A stretch of DNA of 52,092 bases, taken from positions 1-52,092 of the IMG/VR virus record IMGVR_UViG_3300045993_000887, one strand, 5' to 3'. Position 1 is the stretch's first letter, and each line of letters starts with the position of its first letter. Source of the stretch: a virus. The position numbers were made by a program, and so were the translations under genes. Below the pieces are notes generated by a model. That model was not told where the DNA came from. It did no database searches and worked only from the letters and a program-made list of their open reading frames with translations. Shown in pieces: positions 27,178 to 34,330 of the stretch.

Positions 27178-27220
27178 AAAAAAATGACCTATTCAAAAAG
27201 TTTGAGTAGGTCATTTTTTT
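27178..27220. terminator. Bidirectional terminator between convergent genes
   Basis: A7, TGACCTATTCAAA, AAG loop, TTTGAGTAGGTCA, T7. This gives 13 bp with one G-U pair, flanked by complementary A and T runs. Confidence 0.7.
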
Positions 27221-27419
27221 ATGGCAACTTTTTCTTCATCTCGCTAACTTCTTGCTCTAAGTTGGCAACGCGACTCGTAATTGAGTGCGCTACATATTTA
27301 GCCTCGCAAGTTTCTACCACTACCTCACTAAAACTTATATTCCTAGCGTCTGCACATTTTTGGATCGCTACCAATAGATCCGGGGGGAATCGGATCGTTT
27401 TGCCTATGCTCTCAGCCAT
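27219..27419 (-). CDS. Ribbon-helix-helix (CopG/Arc-like) regulator
   Basis: 66 aa. KTIRFPPDLLVAIQKCADARNISFSEVVVE is an RHH-type N-terminus. Divergent from the HTH gene at 27515. Confidence 0.55.
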   Translation of the reverse strand: MAESIGKTIRFPPDLLVAIQKCADARNISFSEVVVETCEAKYVAHSITSRVANLEQEVSEMKKKLP

Positions 27420-27454
27420 ACATACCTGTAATCAAAAATAATTACGAGTATAGC

Positions 27455-27483
27455 TTGACTTTGTTAATTACATAGTGTAATTT
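27455..27483 (+). promoter_or_regulatory. Candidate promoter with overlapping palindromic operator
   Basis: TTGACT (27455-27460), 17 nt, TAATTT (27478-27483). The palindrome AATTACA-TAG-TGTAATT (27466-27482) lies inside it. More TGTAAT(C) copies at about 27427 and 27487. Tandem ATGGTTTCCA x2 at 27505-27524. Confidence 0.4.
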
Positions 27484-27514
27484 ATTTGTAATCAGATATT
27501 TCCGATGGTTTCCA

Positions 27515-27814
27515 ATGGTTTCCACAGAAGAGAACAGAAATGACCAGAAAAGGTACTGGTTGGAGGCGGTAATAACCAATGATTTAGCACTAACTACCAA
27601 CCAGATCGCGACAGCCTTGGAAGTCACCCCCCGTACTATTACAGGATGGAGAAACAAGGCAGAAAAAGCAAAAGTGCCAACTGGCATATATGAGAAGGGT
27701 TGGATTTTCCCTCCCGATCATTTAATCGATTTACTGCTATTCGTAGCAAAGACAATTAACCGCCACTCCTATAAATGGGTAAAAGAATGTCGCAAGAAAC
27801 TGAAACAGAATTAA
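27515..27814 (+). CDS. Helix-turn-helix DNA-binding protein
   Basis: 99 aa. LTTNQIATALEVTPRTITGWR is a classic HTH segment. Confidence 0.6.
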   Translation: MVSTEENRNDQKRYWLEAVITNDLALTTNQIATALEVTPRTITGWRNKAEKAKVPTGIYEKGWIFPPDHLIDLLLFVAKTINRHSYKWVKECRKKLKQN

Positions 27815-28131
27815 GAGGCAGCGCCACAAAGAATGGTCAACAAACTCAATCCTCTGAACCTGACAAGATTATTATTCGTGATGCATCGCAAATTCAAGCA
27901 GCAACACGAACTGAATTAGAATCACTTTCTAGCTATGTGGCTGATCAGTTAAATGAAGCTGTTGTTACAAGATCGGCTGAGAAACTAGCATTGCACGCTG
28001 TTCAAAATTCAGATCGAATTGTTACTAAGGCGATCGGGCATTTACAAAGTTTTTTGCCGAAGATCCTCGAACCCAATCCTTTGATGTTCGAAAACGAGCT
28101 AGAAATACTTATGGGCAGCGAGGCGGCGTAA
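27787..28131 (+). CDS. Hypothetical protein
   Basis: The ORF track starts at 27775. ATG 27787 (MSQETETE) overlaps the HTH gene end. Confidence 0.5.
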   Translation: MSQETETELRGSATKNGQQTQSSEPDKIIIRDASQIQAATRTELESLSSYVADQLNEAVVTRSAEKLALHAVQNSDRIVTKAIGHLQSFLPKILEPNPLMFENELEILMGSEAA

Positions 28132-28136
28132 ACACC

Positions 28137-28871
28137 ATGTATGAGATCGCTACTGACACCGATTACGCCGATCGCCCGATCGCAGATGAGTTTGCTGCAC
28201 AACCAAATACATCAGCACCGATCGCTCATGTCCCTACAGAGCAATTTGCGATCCCTCAGAGAGATATGTCGTGGTTGACATGGCGCGTTGCGATCGGCGG
28301 TATCGGTGCGGTAGTAATGGGAGCGCTCCTATTTGTTGCATCTCGCGGCGCGGGAAACACTCAAACCATGACAGTGCATCCCCCTGAGCAAGAGCCTGTG
28401 AATATGGAAAAGGTGAACGAAGATATTATCAAAAACAATTATGCTAAGTTCTCTGAATTGAAACAGGTAACTGATGTCAAGATGGACGAGATAGAGCAAG
28501 CCTCTATCAATGAGAGGGCGCAAGAGATTCTAATAGAAGCTAAAAGACACGTTAGTGATCCTGCCAATAAAAATGGTTGCTATCGCGCTTTTAACGGAAA
28601 AGACTGCTATGCACTTATCTTTGCTGCTGAACAAAAACAGAGATGGCTAGATGCGATTTCTGTTGGACAAAAGAAAAAGGCTAATGAGGCTTTATTCGAC
28701 TTCAAAGCAGCAAGGGTTGCTCTTGATGGGATAAACCCCAATCTCCCATTCAATCCTCCAGTGGCTTTTGGCGCGATGAGCAATGAAATTGATGCGAGAG
28801 CAAAAATCGAAGATCAATCTCAAGCCGCGATCGCAACTGACTTGTATCAGGGAGTTAGAAAGAAAAAGTGA
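28137..28871 (+). CDS. Single-pass membrane protein
   Basis: 244 aa with a hydrophobic helix WRVAIGGIGAVVMGALLFVAS. Its stop overlaps the next start. Confidence 0.6.
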   Translation: MYEIATDTDYADRPIADEFAAQPNTSAPIAHVPTEQFAIPQRDMSWLTWRVAIGGIGAVVMGALLFVASRGAGNTQTMTVHPPEQEPVNMEKVNEDIIKNNYAKFSELKQVTDVKMDEIEQASINERAQEILIEAKRHVSDPANKNGCYRAFNGKDCYALIFAAEQKQRWLDAISVGQKKKANEALFDFKAARVALDGINPNLPFNPPVAFGAMSNEIDARAKIEDQSQAAIATDLYQGVRKKK

Positions 28872-30037
28872 GAGCAATAGAATATGGAATTAGCTTTGTG
28901 CTTCTCGCGTCCGCCGCCTTTTATTCGGCAATGCCTAAGCAATATATTGACGGACTGCGTACAAAAGAAGAAATGGAGGCTTTTCAAAAAATAACCCTCG
29001 TAGACAGGCAAAAGTTTAAAACCGTATCACAGAGCTATAACAATGATGGGATCACGGCTGCATTAAGTCTAGGTGCTTCTTACTTTCTGATCCGATGGGT
29101 GATGTCCCTCGACAATAAGCCAATCATTCAGAAGCCAGTGCAACCTTCTGTTAGTCAGCCTCAAGCAAAGCAAACTGTGGTTTTTAATAATAATAATCGG
29201 GTTGAGGTAAAAGTGCGACAGGACAGAACTCAGCAGCCTAGACCTTCTAGAAGTGTTGACGATTCAGAGCGAATGGATAGTACGGGTGCTTGGATACTCA
29301 AGATGATGTTTGGTAGTGATGGCTTAAAACGCCAGCATTACAAGATTGAAGGGGTTTCTCAGTCTGGAAAAACTACTTTTGTTGAATACCTACTGTCTTT
29401 GATATCTGATGAAGATCCTACTACCGAAAAACTGCTAATCGATCCCAAATATCGCAAAGCAAAACCTAACTGGTCATTTTTACCTTATTGTGCTGATATT
29501 GCTAAAGTTCCAAAAGCACTTATAGACTTTGTTTCTGAAGTCGAAGAAAGACAGCAATCAGAGACTGATTTTGCAGATCAATTCCCCAAAATATTTGTCA
29601 TTGATGAGTGGGATTGGATTTTCACAGATCATGGTAAAGACGCTCTTAGAAATCTTCGTAAATTAATCAAGGTTGGTGCTGAGTTAAGGTGCTATGTCGT
29701 GTTATTAGGTCAATCGCCATTAGCAAAAGATACAGGGCTATCTACTTCTGATTTCGATCAGATGGTTAGAATCTCTATCGGCAAAGTAGCAATGAAAGTT
29801 CTTAATAATCCTGCTCATTTTGCTTTTAGTAATCGTGATGAATTACTAGTTAAAGCTGAGCAGCTATACACGTCAGGTCAGCGTTTTGCACTCATCCAAG
29901 AGCATGGTGTTGCCCCTCGCCTTGAAATTATTCCCAAAATTGTTAAGCCAAATCAATCGATCCCTGATGATATTGACTTAGAAGAAGATGAAATCCCCAA
30001 CGACAAAGTTATTCCAATTAATAGGAGGGCAGTATAA
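28868..30037 (+). CDS. Membrane-anchored FtsK/SpoIIIE-like P-loop ATPase
   Basis: 389 aa. Two N-terminal hydrophobic helices, then a Gln/Pro-rich linker. Walker A GVSQSGKTTF, Walker B IFVIDEWDW, then ELRCYVVLLGQSP...MVRISIG, which parallels the FtsK R-x-G-I-hhh-ATQRP...RI pattern. Confidence 0.55.
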   Translation: MRAIEYGISFVLLASAAFYSAMPKQYIDGLRTKEEMEAFQKITLVDRQKFKTVSQSYNNDGITAALSLGASYFLIRWVMSLDNKPIIQKPVQPSVSQPQAKQTVVFNNNNRVEVKVRQDRTQQPRPSRSVDDSERMDSTGAWILKMMFGSDGLKRQHYKIEGVSQSGKTTFVEYLLSLISDEDPTTEKLLIDPKYRKAKPNWSFLPYCADIAKVPKALIDFVSEVEERQQSETDFADQFPKIFVIDEWDWIFTDHGKDALRNLRKLIKVGAELRCYVVLLGQSPLAKDTGLSTSDFDQMVRISIGKVAMKVLNNPAHFAFSNRDELLVKAEQLYTSGQRFALIQEHGVAPRLEIIPKIVKPNQSIPDDIDLEEDEIPNDKVIPINRRAV

Positions 30038-30477
30038 TGTCAAATTTAGCTCGTAGAGACGGCGGCGGCGTGATCGATTACAACGGTGATGGCAGCCCTG
30101 ATGCTTATGTGCATGAGATTGTTACACAACGGGTATCGGCAACGATTAACCCTAAAGAAGATGGCGCTGTAGGCAAAATCCTGATGATGGCGATCGCCAC
30201 AGTAATAAGCCGTCCCATCAATAGCTTTAAAGAGTTTTGGGGATGGACTTCACTAGGGCTTGCTGTTTTTTATCTAATTATCGCGTGGTTTAGCAGTAAG
30301 CCTGTTATTCCAGAAACCCGTAATTTTGCTGACAACCTCCGCCCTGATGTCGTTGGCGCTGCATTTGGACGTACTGGGAGAGCGATAACAACATCTTTTG
30401 CTGATTCTGCTAATGCTTCAGAAGTTACCTCTACAAGCACATCTCTTACTCGTCAAACTAAAGTGAGAGTCGATTAA
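30037..30477 (+). CDS. Membrane protein
   Basis: 146 aa. Hydrophobic helices ILMMAIATVI and LGLAVFYLIIAWF. ATGA-type coupling with the ATPase gene. Confidence 0.6.
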   Translation: MSNLARRDGGGVIDYNGDGSPDAYVHEIVTQRVSATINPKEDGAVGKILMMAIATVISRPINSFKEFWGWTSLGLAVFYLIIAWFSSKPVIPETRNFADNLRPDVVGAAFGRTGRAITTSFADSANASEVTSTSTSLTRQTKVRVD

Positions 30478-30644
30478 TGGCTAAACCTACCCCATATATG
30501 TATCGCCTTGAAACAGACGGTACATATACACCCCTAACCAAAGCTCAGTACGAATTTGAAGCAGCTAATCTCTATACTAAGGGTTCCGCTTATCGCGATC
30601 GCGTTGAACAATTAATTAAGAAAGTGAATAGTCATGACCACTAA
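30477..30644 (+). CDS. Small hypothetical protein (55 aa, below the ORF-track cutoff)
   Basis: MAKPTPYMYRLETDGTYTPL... TAATG junction at 30475-30479. Overlaps the next gene by 11 nt. Confidence 0.4.
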   Translation: MAKPTPYMYRLETDGTYTPLTKAQYEFEAANLYTKGSAYRDRVEQLIKKVNSHDH

Positions 30645-30924
30645 AAGAGAATCCCTCGGTATCAACGATTCAATTATCATTACAACCCCGATCGGCAAAA
30701 TTGTTGTTTTAATTAATGCCGATGGCATTGAAGTTGATTTATCAAAGCCTGAAGCTTTGATTTCTGTCAAGATTGATGGCACAGATGTATCTTCAGATGT
30801 GCGTAATCATGGTGGGCGCAGCAGAAATCAACAAGTCCAAATCATCAATGATCGCGTCAACGGCGGTCAAATCGCACAATCCAACGGCGATATAATCCAA
30901 TTCCAAAGCAATCGGTATCGTTAA
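30634..30924 (+). CDS. Hypothetical protein
   Basis: 96-aa ORF in the same operon. Confidence 0.5.
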   Translation: MTTKRESLGINDSIIITTPIGKIVVLINADGIEVDLSKPEALISVKIDGTDVSSDVRNHGGRSRNQQVQIINDRVNGGQIAQSNGDIIQFQSNRYR

Positions 30925-30926
30925 TC

Positions 30927-31406
30927 ATGCGTAAATCAGCGATCGCCACATCAGCAATATTAACATTATCTTTTGTGGCGCTTCTAGCTGATGTCACGCA
31001 GCAGGGCTACATGAGGTTCACGAGTGTTTCCGATATCAAAAAAACACTCCCAAATATTACCCCTCCCCAGTTTGCAAAAGTTTTGGAAGGTAATGACAAA
31101 GGCTGTCTCACAAAAACATCTCAAACAAAAGCTGTCACTGTTACTCAGCTTAGGACTTTAAGACAATTAACCGATCCTGACGCGATCGTCGCGTTGCTAG
31201 GTAATCCACTATGTCAAACAGAAAAAGGGGCTACATGGATTACTGAATCAGGTAAAAGATTAAATCTAAATTTTAATAAAGTATTGGATTATGACTTTAG
31301 CACAGACACCCCGCAATCGCTCACCAACAAAGAGCGCACACCCGCAAAAACAAATGGAAGCGCTGATAGAAGTTTGCAGCGTGGAGTATCGCCATCAAGT
31401 CCTTAG
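30927..31406 (+). CDS. Secreted or membrane-anchored protein
   Basis: 159 aa with an N-terminal signal/anchor MRKSAIATSAILTLSFVALLA. Confidence 0.55.
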   Translation: MRKSAIATSAILTLSFVALLADVTQQGYMRFTSVSDIKKTLPNITPPQFAKVLEGNDKGCLTKTSQTKAVTVTQLRTLRQLTDPDAIVALLGNPLCQTEKGATWITESGKRLNLNFNKVLDYDFSTDTPQSLTNKERTPAKTNGSADRSLQRGVSPSSP

Positions 31407-32478
31407 CAAAAAGGAACAGGAGCTAAGGACTAATAATTTTATTAGGCTTGCGCTCTCTGGTTTTTTGCTTTCTTTTGTGGTAATTCAACCTCTTAATAGT
31501 TTTTTAGAGTGGGGATGGCGATTAGCCAAAGCTCCAACTTTTGATTCTAACGGCATGGAAGTAAACTTTAAAGAACTCAATGTAGACAAGGGCTTTAATC
31601 GCACACTCAAAGAAGGTGATGCTGTATTAGCTTATAAAGTTACTTCAGTCTTTGGTGAACGGATCCACCCTGTTACTGGTGTAAAAAAAATGCATAACGG
31701 CGTTGATCTTGATACTCCTAAAGGTACGGATATTTACGCGATCGGTAAGCCTCGGAACTGGGGTGCTGGTGAGATATTTGGAAGTGAAACTATTTATATC
31801 GAGTGCAGTGATGATTCTGAAGGCGGCAAGATTGCAAGTGTGACAAGTTCATTTATGAAAGACTATAGATTCAATTTTATGCATCTAGAATCTTGTAATT
31901 CAGGAGCTTATGCAAGCGGCGCAATCGTTGCTACTACGGGTAATAGCGGCGGCTCTACTACAGGTGAGCATCTGCATTTTGAAGTAGAGTTAAAAGGGCG
32001 AAAAATTGATCCTCCTGTTGGGTTTTTGCTTTGGGCTTTGCAAGGCAAGGAACCCCAGTTACAGTCATCTACAAAGCCAATAGTCGAGAAGTTGCGTAAT
32101 GCAATTGCAGGTCAAGAATCAGGGCATGACAGCAAGATTGTTAACACTGATTCGGGCGCACTTGGTTTAGCTCAAGTTATGCCAGAAAACATCAAGGAAT
32201 GGTCAACTCAATGTCTTGGTAAGCCACTTGCCGAAAAAGAATTTCTTGCCTCAAAAGAGAAGCAAATCAAGGTTATTGATTGCAAGCTTGCCGAGTATTT
32301 AGGGCAAACACGGAACGCCCCTGATTTTGATACTCAGGTCAGGCAAGTTGCATCAATCTGGTATTCAGGGGATGCAACCCTTTATAACAATACAAAGCCT
32401 CAAAAATTTGGAAATGGTAGCTATCCATCCATTAACGATTATTCACTTTCAACTCTAGCGAGATTTAAAAAACAATGA
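31354..32478 (+). CDS. Membrane-anchored bifunctional cell-wall hydrolase: M23 peptidase plus lytic transglycosylase (SLT)
   Basis: Anchor helix FIRLALSGFLLSFVVI. M23 motifs HNGVDL and GEHLHFEV. SLT motifs AGQESGHDS and LGLAQVMP. The start is uncertain (the ORF track gives 31291; ATG 31354 and GTG at about 31381 are alternatives). Confidence 0.8.
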   Translation: MEALIEVCSVEYRHQVLSKKEQELRTNNFIRLALSGFLLSFVVIQPLNSFLEWGWRLAKAPTFDSNGMEVNFKELNVDKGFNRTLKEGDAVLAYKVTSVFGERIHPVTGVKKMHNGVDLDTPKGTDIYAIGKPRNWGAGEIFGSETIYIECSDDSEGGKIASVTSSFMKDYRFNFMHLESCNSGAYASGAIVATTGNSGGSTTGEHLHFEVELKGRKIDPPVGFLLWALQGKEPQLQSSTKPIVEKLRNAIAGQESGHDSKIVNTDSGALGLAQVMPENIKEWSTQCLGKPLAEKEFLASKEKQIKVIDCKLAEYLGQTRNAPDFDTQVRQVASIWYSGDATLYNNTKPQKFGNGSYPSINDYSLSTLARFKKQ

Positions 32479-32663
32479 CATTATCAAACCAAATTACGCC
32501 ACAGATACGCTACGAAATTCTTGCACTTTTGAAGCAAATTCCAAACCCAAAAAGGGTTAAACTTGCACCTACTTTTGACCCAAATTATAAATATTATTTA
32601 CTGGAAGATGGCACTTATCGGATGGTAAAAAGAACATTCCTAAGCAGTGGCAAGTTCAATTAA
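32475..32663 (+). CDS. Hypothetical protein, last gene of the module
   Basis: 62-aa ORF with an ATGA junction to the hydrolase gene. Confidence 0.5.
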   Translation: MTLSNQITPQIRYEILALLKQIPNPKRVKLAPTFDPNYKYYLLEDGTYRMVKRTFLSSGKFN

Positions 32664-32666
32664 AAA

Positions 32667-32692
32667 GCCTGTAACTTTGCGGAGTTACAGGC
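32667..32692. terminator. Hairpin after the module (10-bp stem)
   Basis: GCCTGTAACT-TTGCGG-AGTTACAGGC. The A-run lies on the 5' side only. Confidence 0.4.
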
Positions 32693-32753
32693 GGGAATGT
32701 TTAGGGATATCTAGCATTTACAAAGTAAAGTCTAAATAAAGTATACCAATAAA

Positions 32754-32792
32754 AAAGCACATAATCTCTACTCGCTAAAGATTATGTGCTTT
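32754..32792. terminator. Bidirectional terminator between convergent operons
   Basis: AAAGCACATAATCT, 11-nt loop, AGATTATGTGCTTT, with A and T runs flanking. Confidence 0.65.
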
Positions 32793-32864
32793 TAGACATT
32801 CGCCTTGGATTGCTTGCTGCTATTATATTACCATCTCAACCCCCCATGCATAGTGATCACTTTT

Positions 32865-33116
32865 TTATGAAATCTTAGTCGAGTAAAATCCAATTTGAGA
32901 ATGCAGTGGGAAAGTTACTGTCACGCTTTCACCAATTAAAGCGTCTTTTGTGCCTTGATTATAAGCTTTTCTAATATCGCCATTAGCAAACTGTACTTGG
33001 TTATTGCCTAAATAAGTTGCGCTAGAAGTTTGCTGATTTTCATCTTGGAATAAACGATTATTTAAGCTGATTACGCTTTGTGAGAAAGCAGTTGATAAAA
33101 GATTTTTAATGCTCAT
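32865..33116 (-). CDS. Hypothetical virion protein, last gene of the leftward tail block
   Basis: 83-aa ORF. Confidence 0.5.
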   Translation of the reverse strand: MSIKNLLSTAFSQSVISLNNRLFQDENQQTSSATYLGNNQVQFANGDIRKAYNQGTKDALIGESVTVTFPLHSQIGFYSTKIS

Positions 33117-33121
33117 AGTTC

Positions 33122-33946
33122 TTATAAAAATTCGAGATATATATATCCATTAATATTTAATAATAGATCTCCATTCCCTCCTGTCGGATCTGAGGACTGG
33201 ACATTAATTAAAAAACCTTCAAACTGAGAATATGCATAATTTGTTTCCGTCATTATTTTGATATCATTAATTAACTCTTCACCGCTAGCTTGGAGAGATC
33301 CGTATTCAAAGCCTTCCCAGAATTTATAGGTAACAGGGCGGTAAGAATCGCCTTCACGCGCAACTTCTCCAATTGTACTATTAAGCTGAAAAGTAATATC
33401 TTTTAATGTCCCTGAAGATGAAGCCACAAAATCAATCCTATTGCTTGATTCTGAAAATGTAGAATTAAAATATGCAGTAGCACTATCTATGGGAGGCGCA
33501 AAAGTAAACGGTTCATTAGTTGAAACCTCATGATAAAAATCTACCTCTTGAGAATAATCTGATCCGCTATCGTTATAAGTCAGAGTAAAGCGCCCACTTA
33601 TCCATCTAATAGGCGGCAACGGTGGTAGTGGGGGTAATGGTGGTACAAATATAGGAGCAGGCAATACTGCTAATAGGGCGCTTTTGTTGTCAACCATTGA
33701 TAACCCGCCCCTAACAGGTATAGGACGCATTTCTTCACCTATGCCGTAATAGATATTAGGAACAATTAATGCTCTTGATTCGCATTGTCCTAATCGCTTA
33801 ACTTTGCCATTCTCACCCATGAAGGTTGGCAAGATTGCAGTCGATTCAAGCTTAATTTTTCTTGCCCGTGCGATCGCATCTTGAGACATATTTTGCTCAA
33901 GTTTGATTCGTACTTTGTCGGATGGTGTGAGATCAGGCATAGCCAA
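33122..33946 (-). CDS. Putative tail/baseplate protein with PPLPPLPPLPP linker
   Basis: 274 aa. The proline repeat is at residues 102-112 (nt 33611-33643). Overlaps the upstream gene. Confidence 0.5.
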   Translation of the reverse strand: MAMPDLTPSDKVRIKLEQNMSQDAIARARKIKLESTAILPTFMGENGKVKRLGQCESRALIVPNIYYGIGEEMRPIPVRGGLSMVDNKSALLAVLPAPIFVPPLPPLPPLPPIRWISGRFTLTYNDSGSDYSQEVDFYHEVSTNEPFTFAPPIDSATAYFNSTFSESSNRIDFVASSSGTLKDITFQLNSTIGEVAREGDSYRPVTYKFWEGFEYGSLQASGEELINDIKIMTETNYAYSQFEGFLINVQSSDPTGGNGDLLLNINGYIYLEFL

Positions 33947-34316
33947 TTTCTAAGCTCACAACATTTTGGGGAACGCCTGATGTGATCGTAGTGGTATTCA
34001 TGATTAGCTGCCTACCACTGCCATTAACGCCAACTTGATTATCAGCTTCATAAATGGTCACGTCAGCACTATCGGTTAATCGATATGCCGCCGCCGTGCC
34101 ACTTGCTGAGGCATTTACTGGTGTGATGGCATTCAAAATTATCTTTTTTGCATTGGTAACAACCGTAGGAGCGCACGGATCTGGCAATGTAAAAGTTACC
34201 AGCAAAGTAGCAAAAGCAGCATCATAAATTTTGAGCTTACCCGCGCCTGATCCTTGATCAATCGCTATTTGAATATTTTGAGCTTGTGCATCACCAAAAG
34301 CATTACCATGTCCCAT
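33933..34316 (-). CDS. Putative tail/baseplate protein
   Basis: 127-aa ORF in the same block. Confidence 0.5.
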   Translation of the reverse strand: MGHGNAFGDAQAQNIQIAIDQGSGAGKLKIYDAAFATLLVTFTLPDPCAPTVVTNAKKIILNAITPVNASASGTAAAYRLTDSADVTIYEADNQVGVNGSGRQLIMNTTTITSGVPQNVVSLEIGYA

Positions 34317-34330
34317 CTTTTTCTCCTAAA

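Noticed and set aside
27184-27687. ORFs 27184..27441 (+) and 27442..27687 (-).
   Set aside because: They are antisense to the RHH gene and the HTH gene respectively and cross the terminator or promoter region. The RHH and HTH frames have recognisable motifs.
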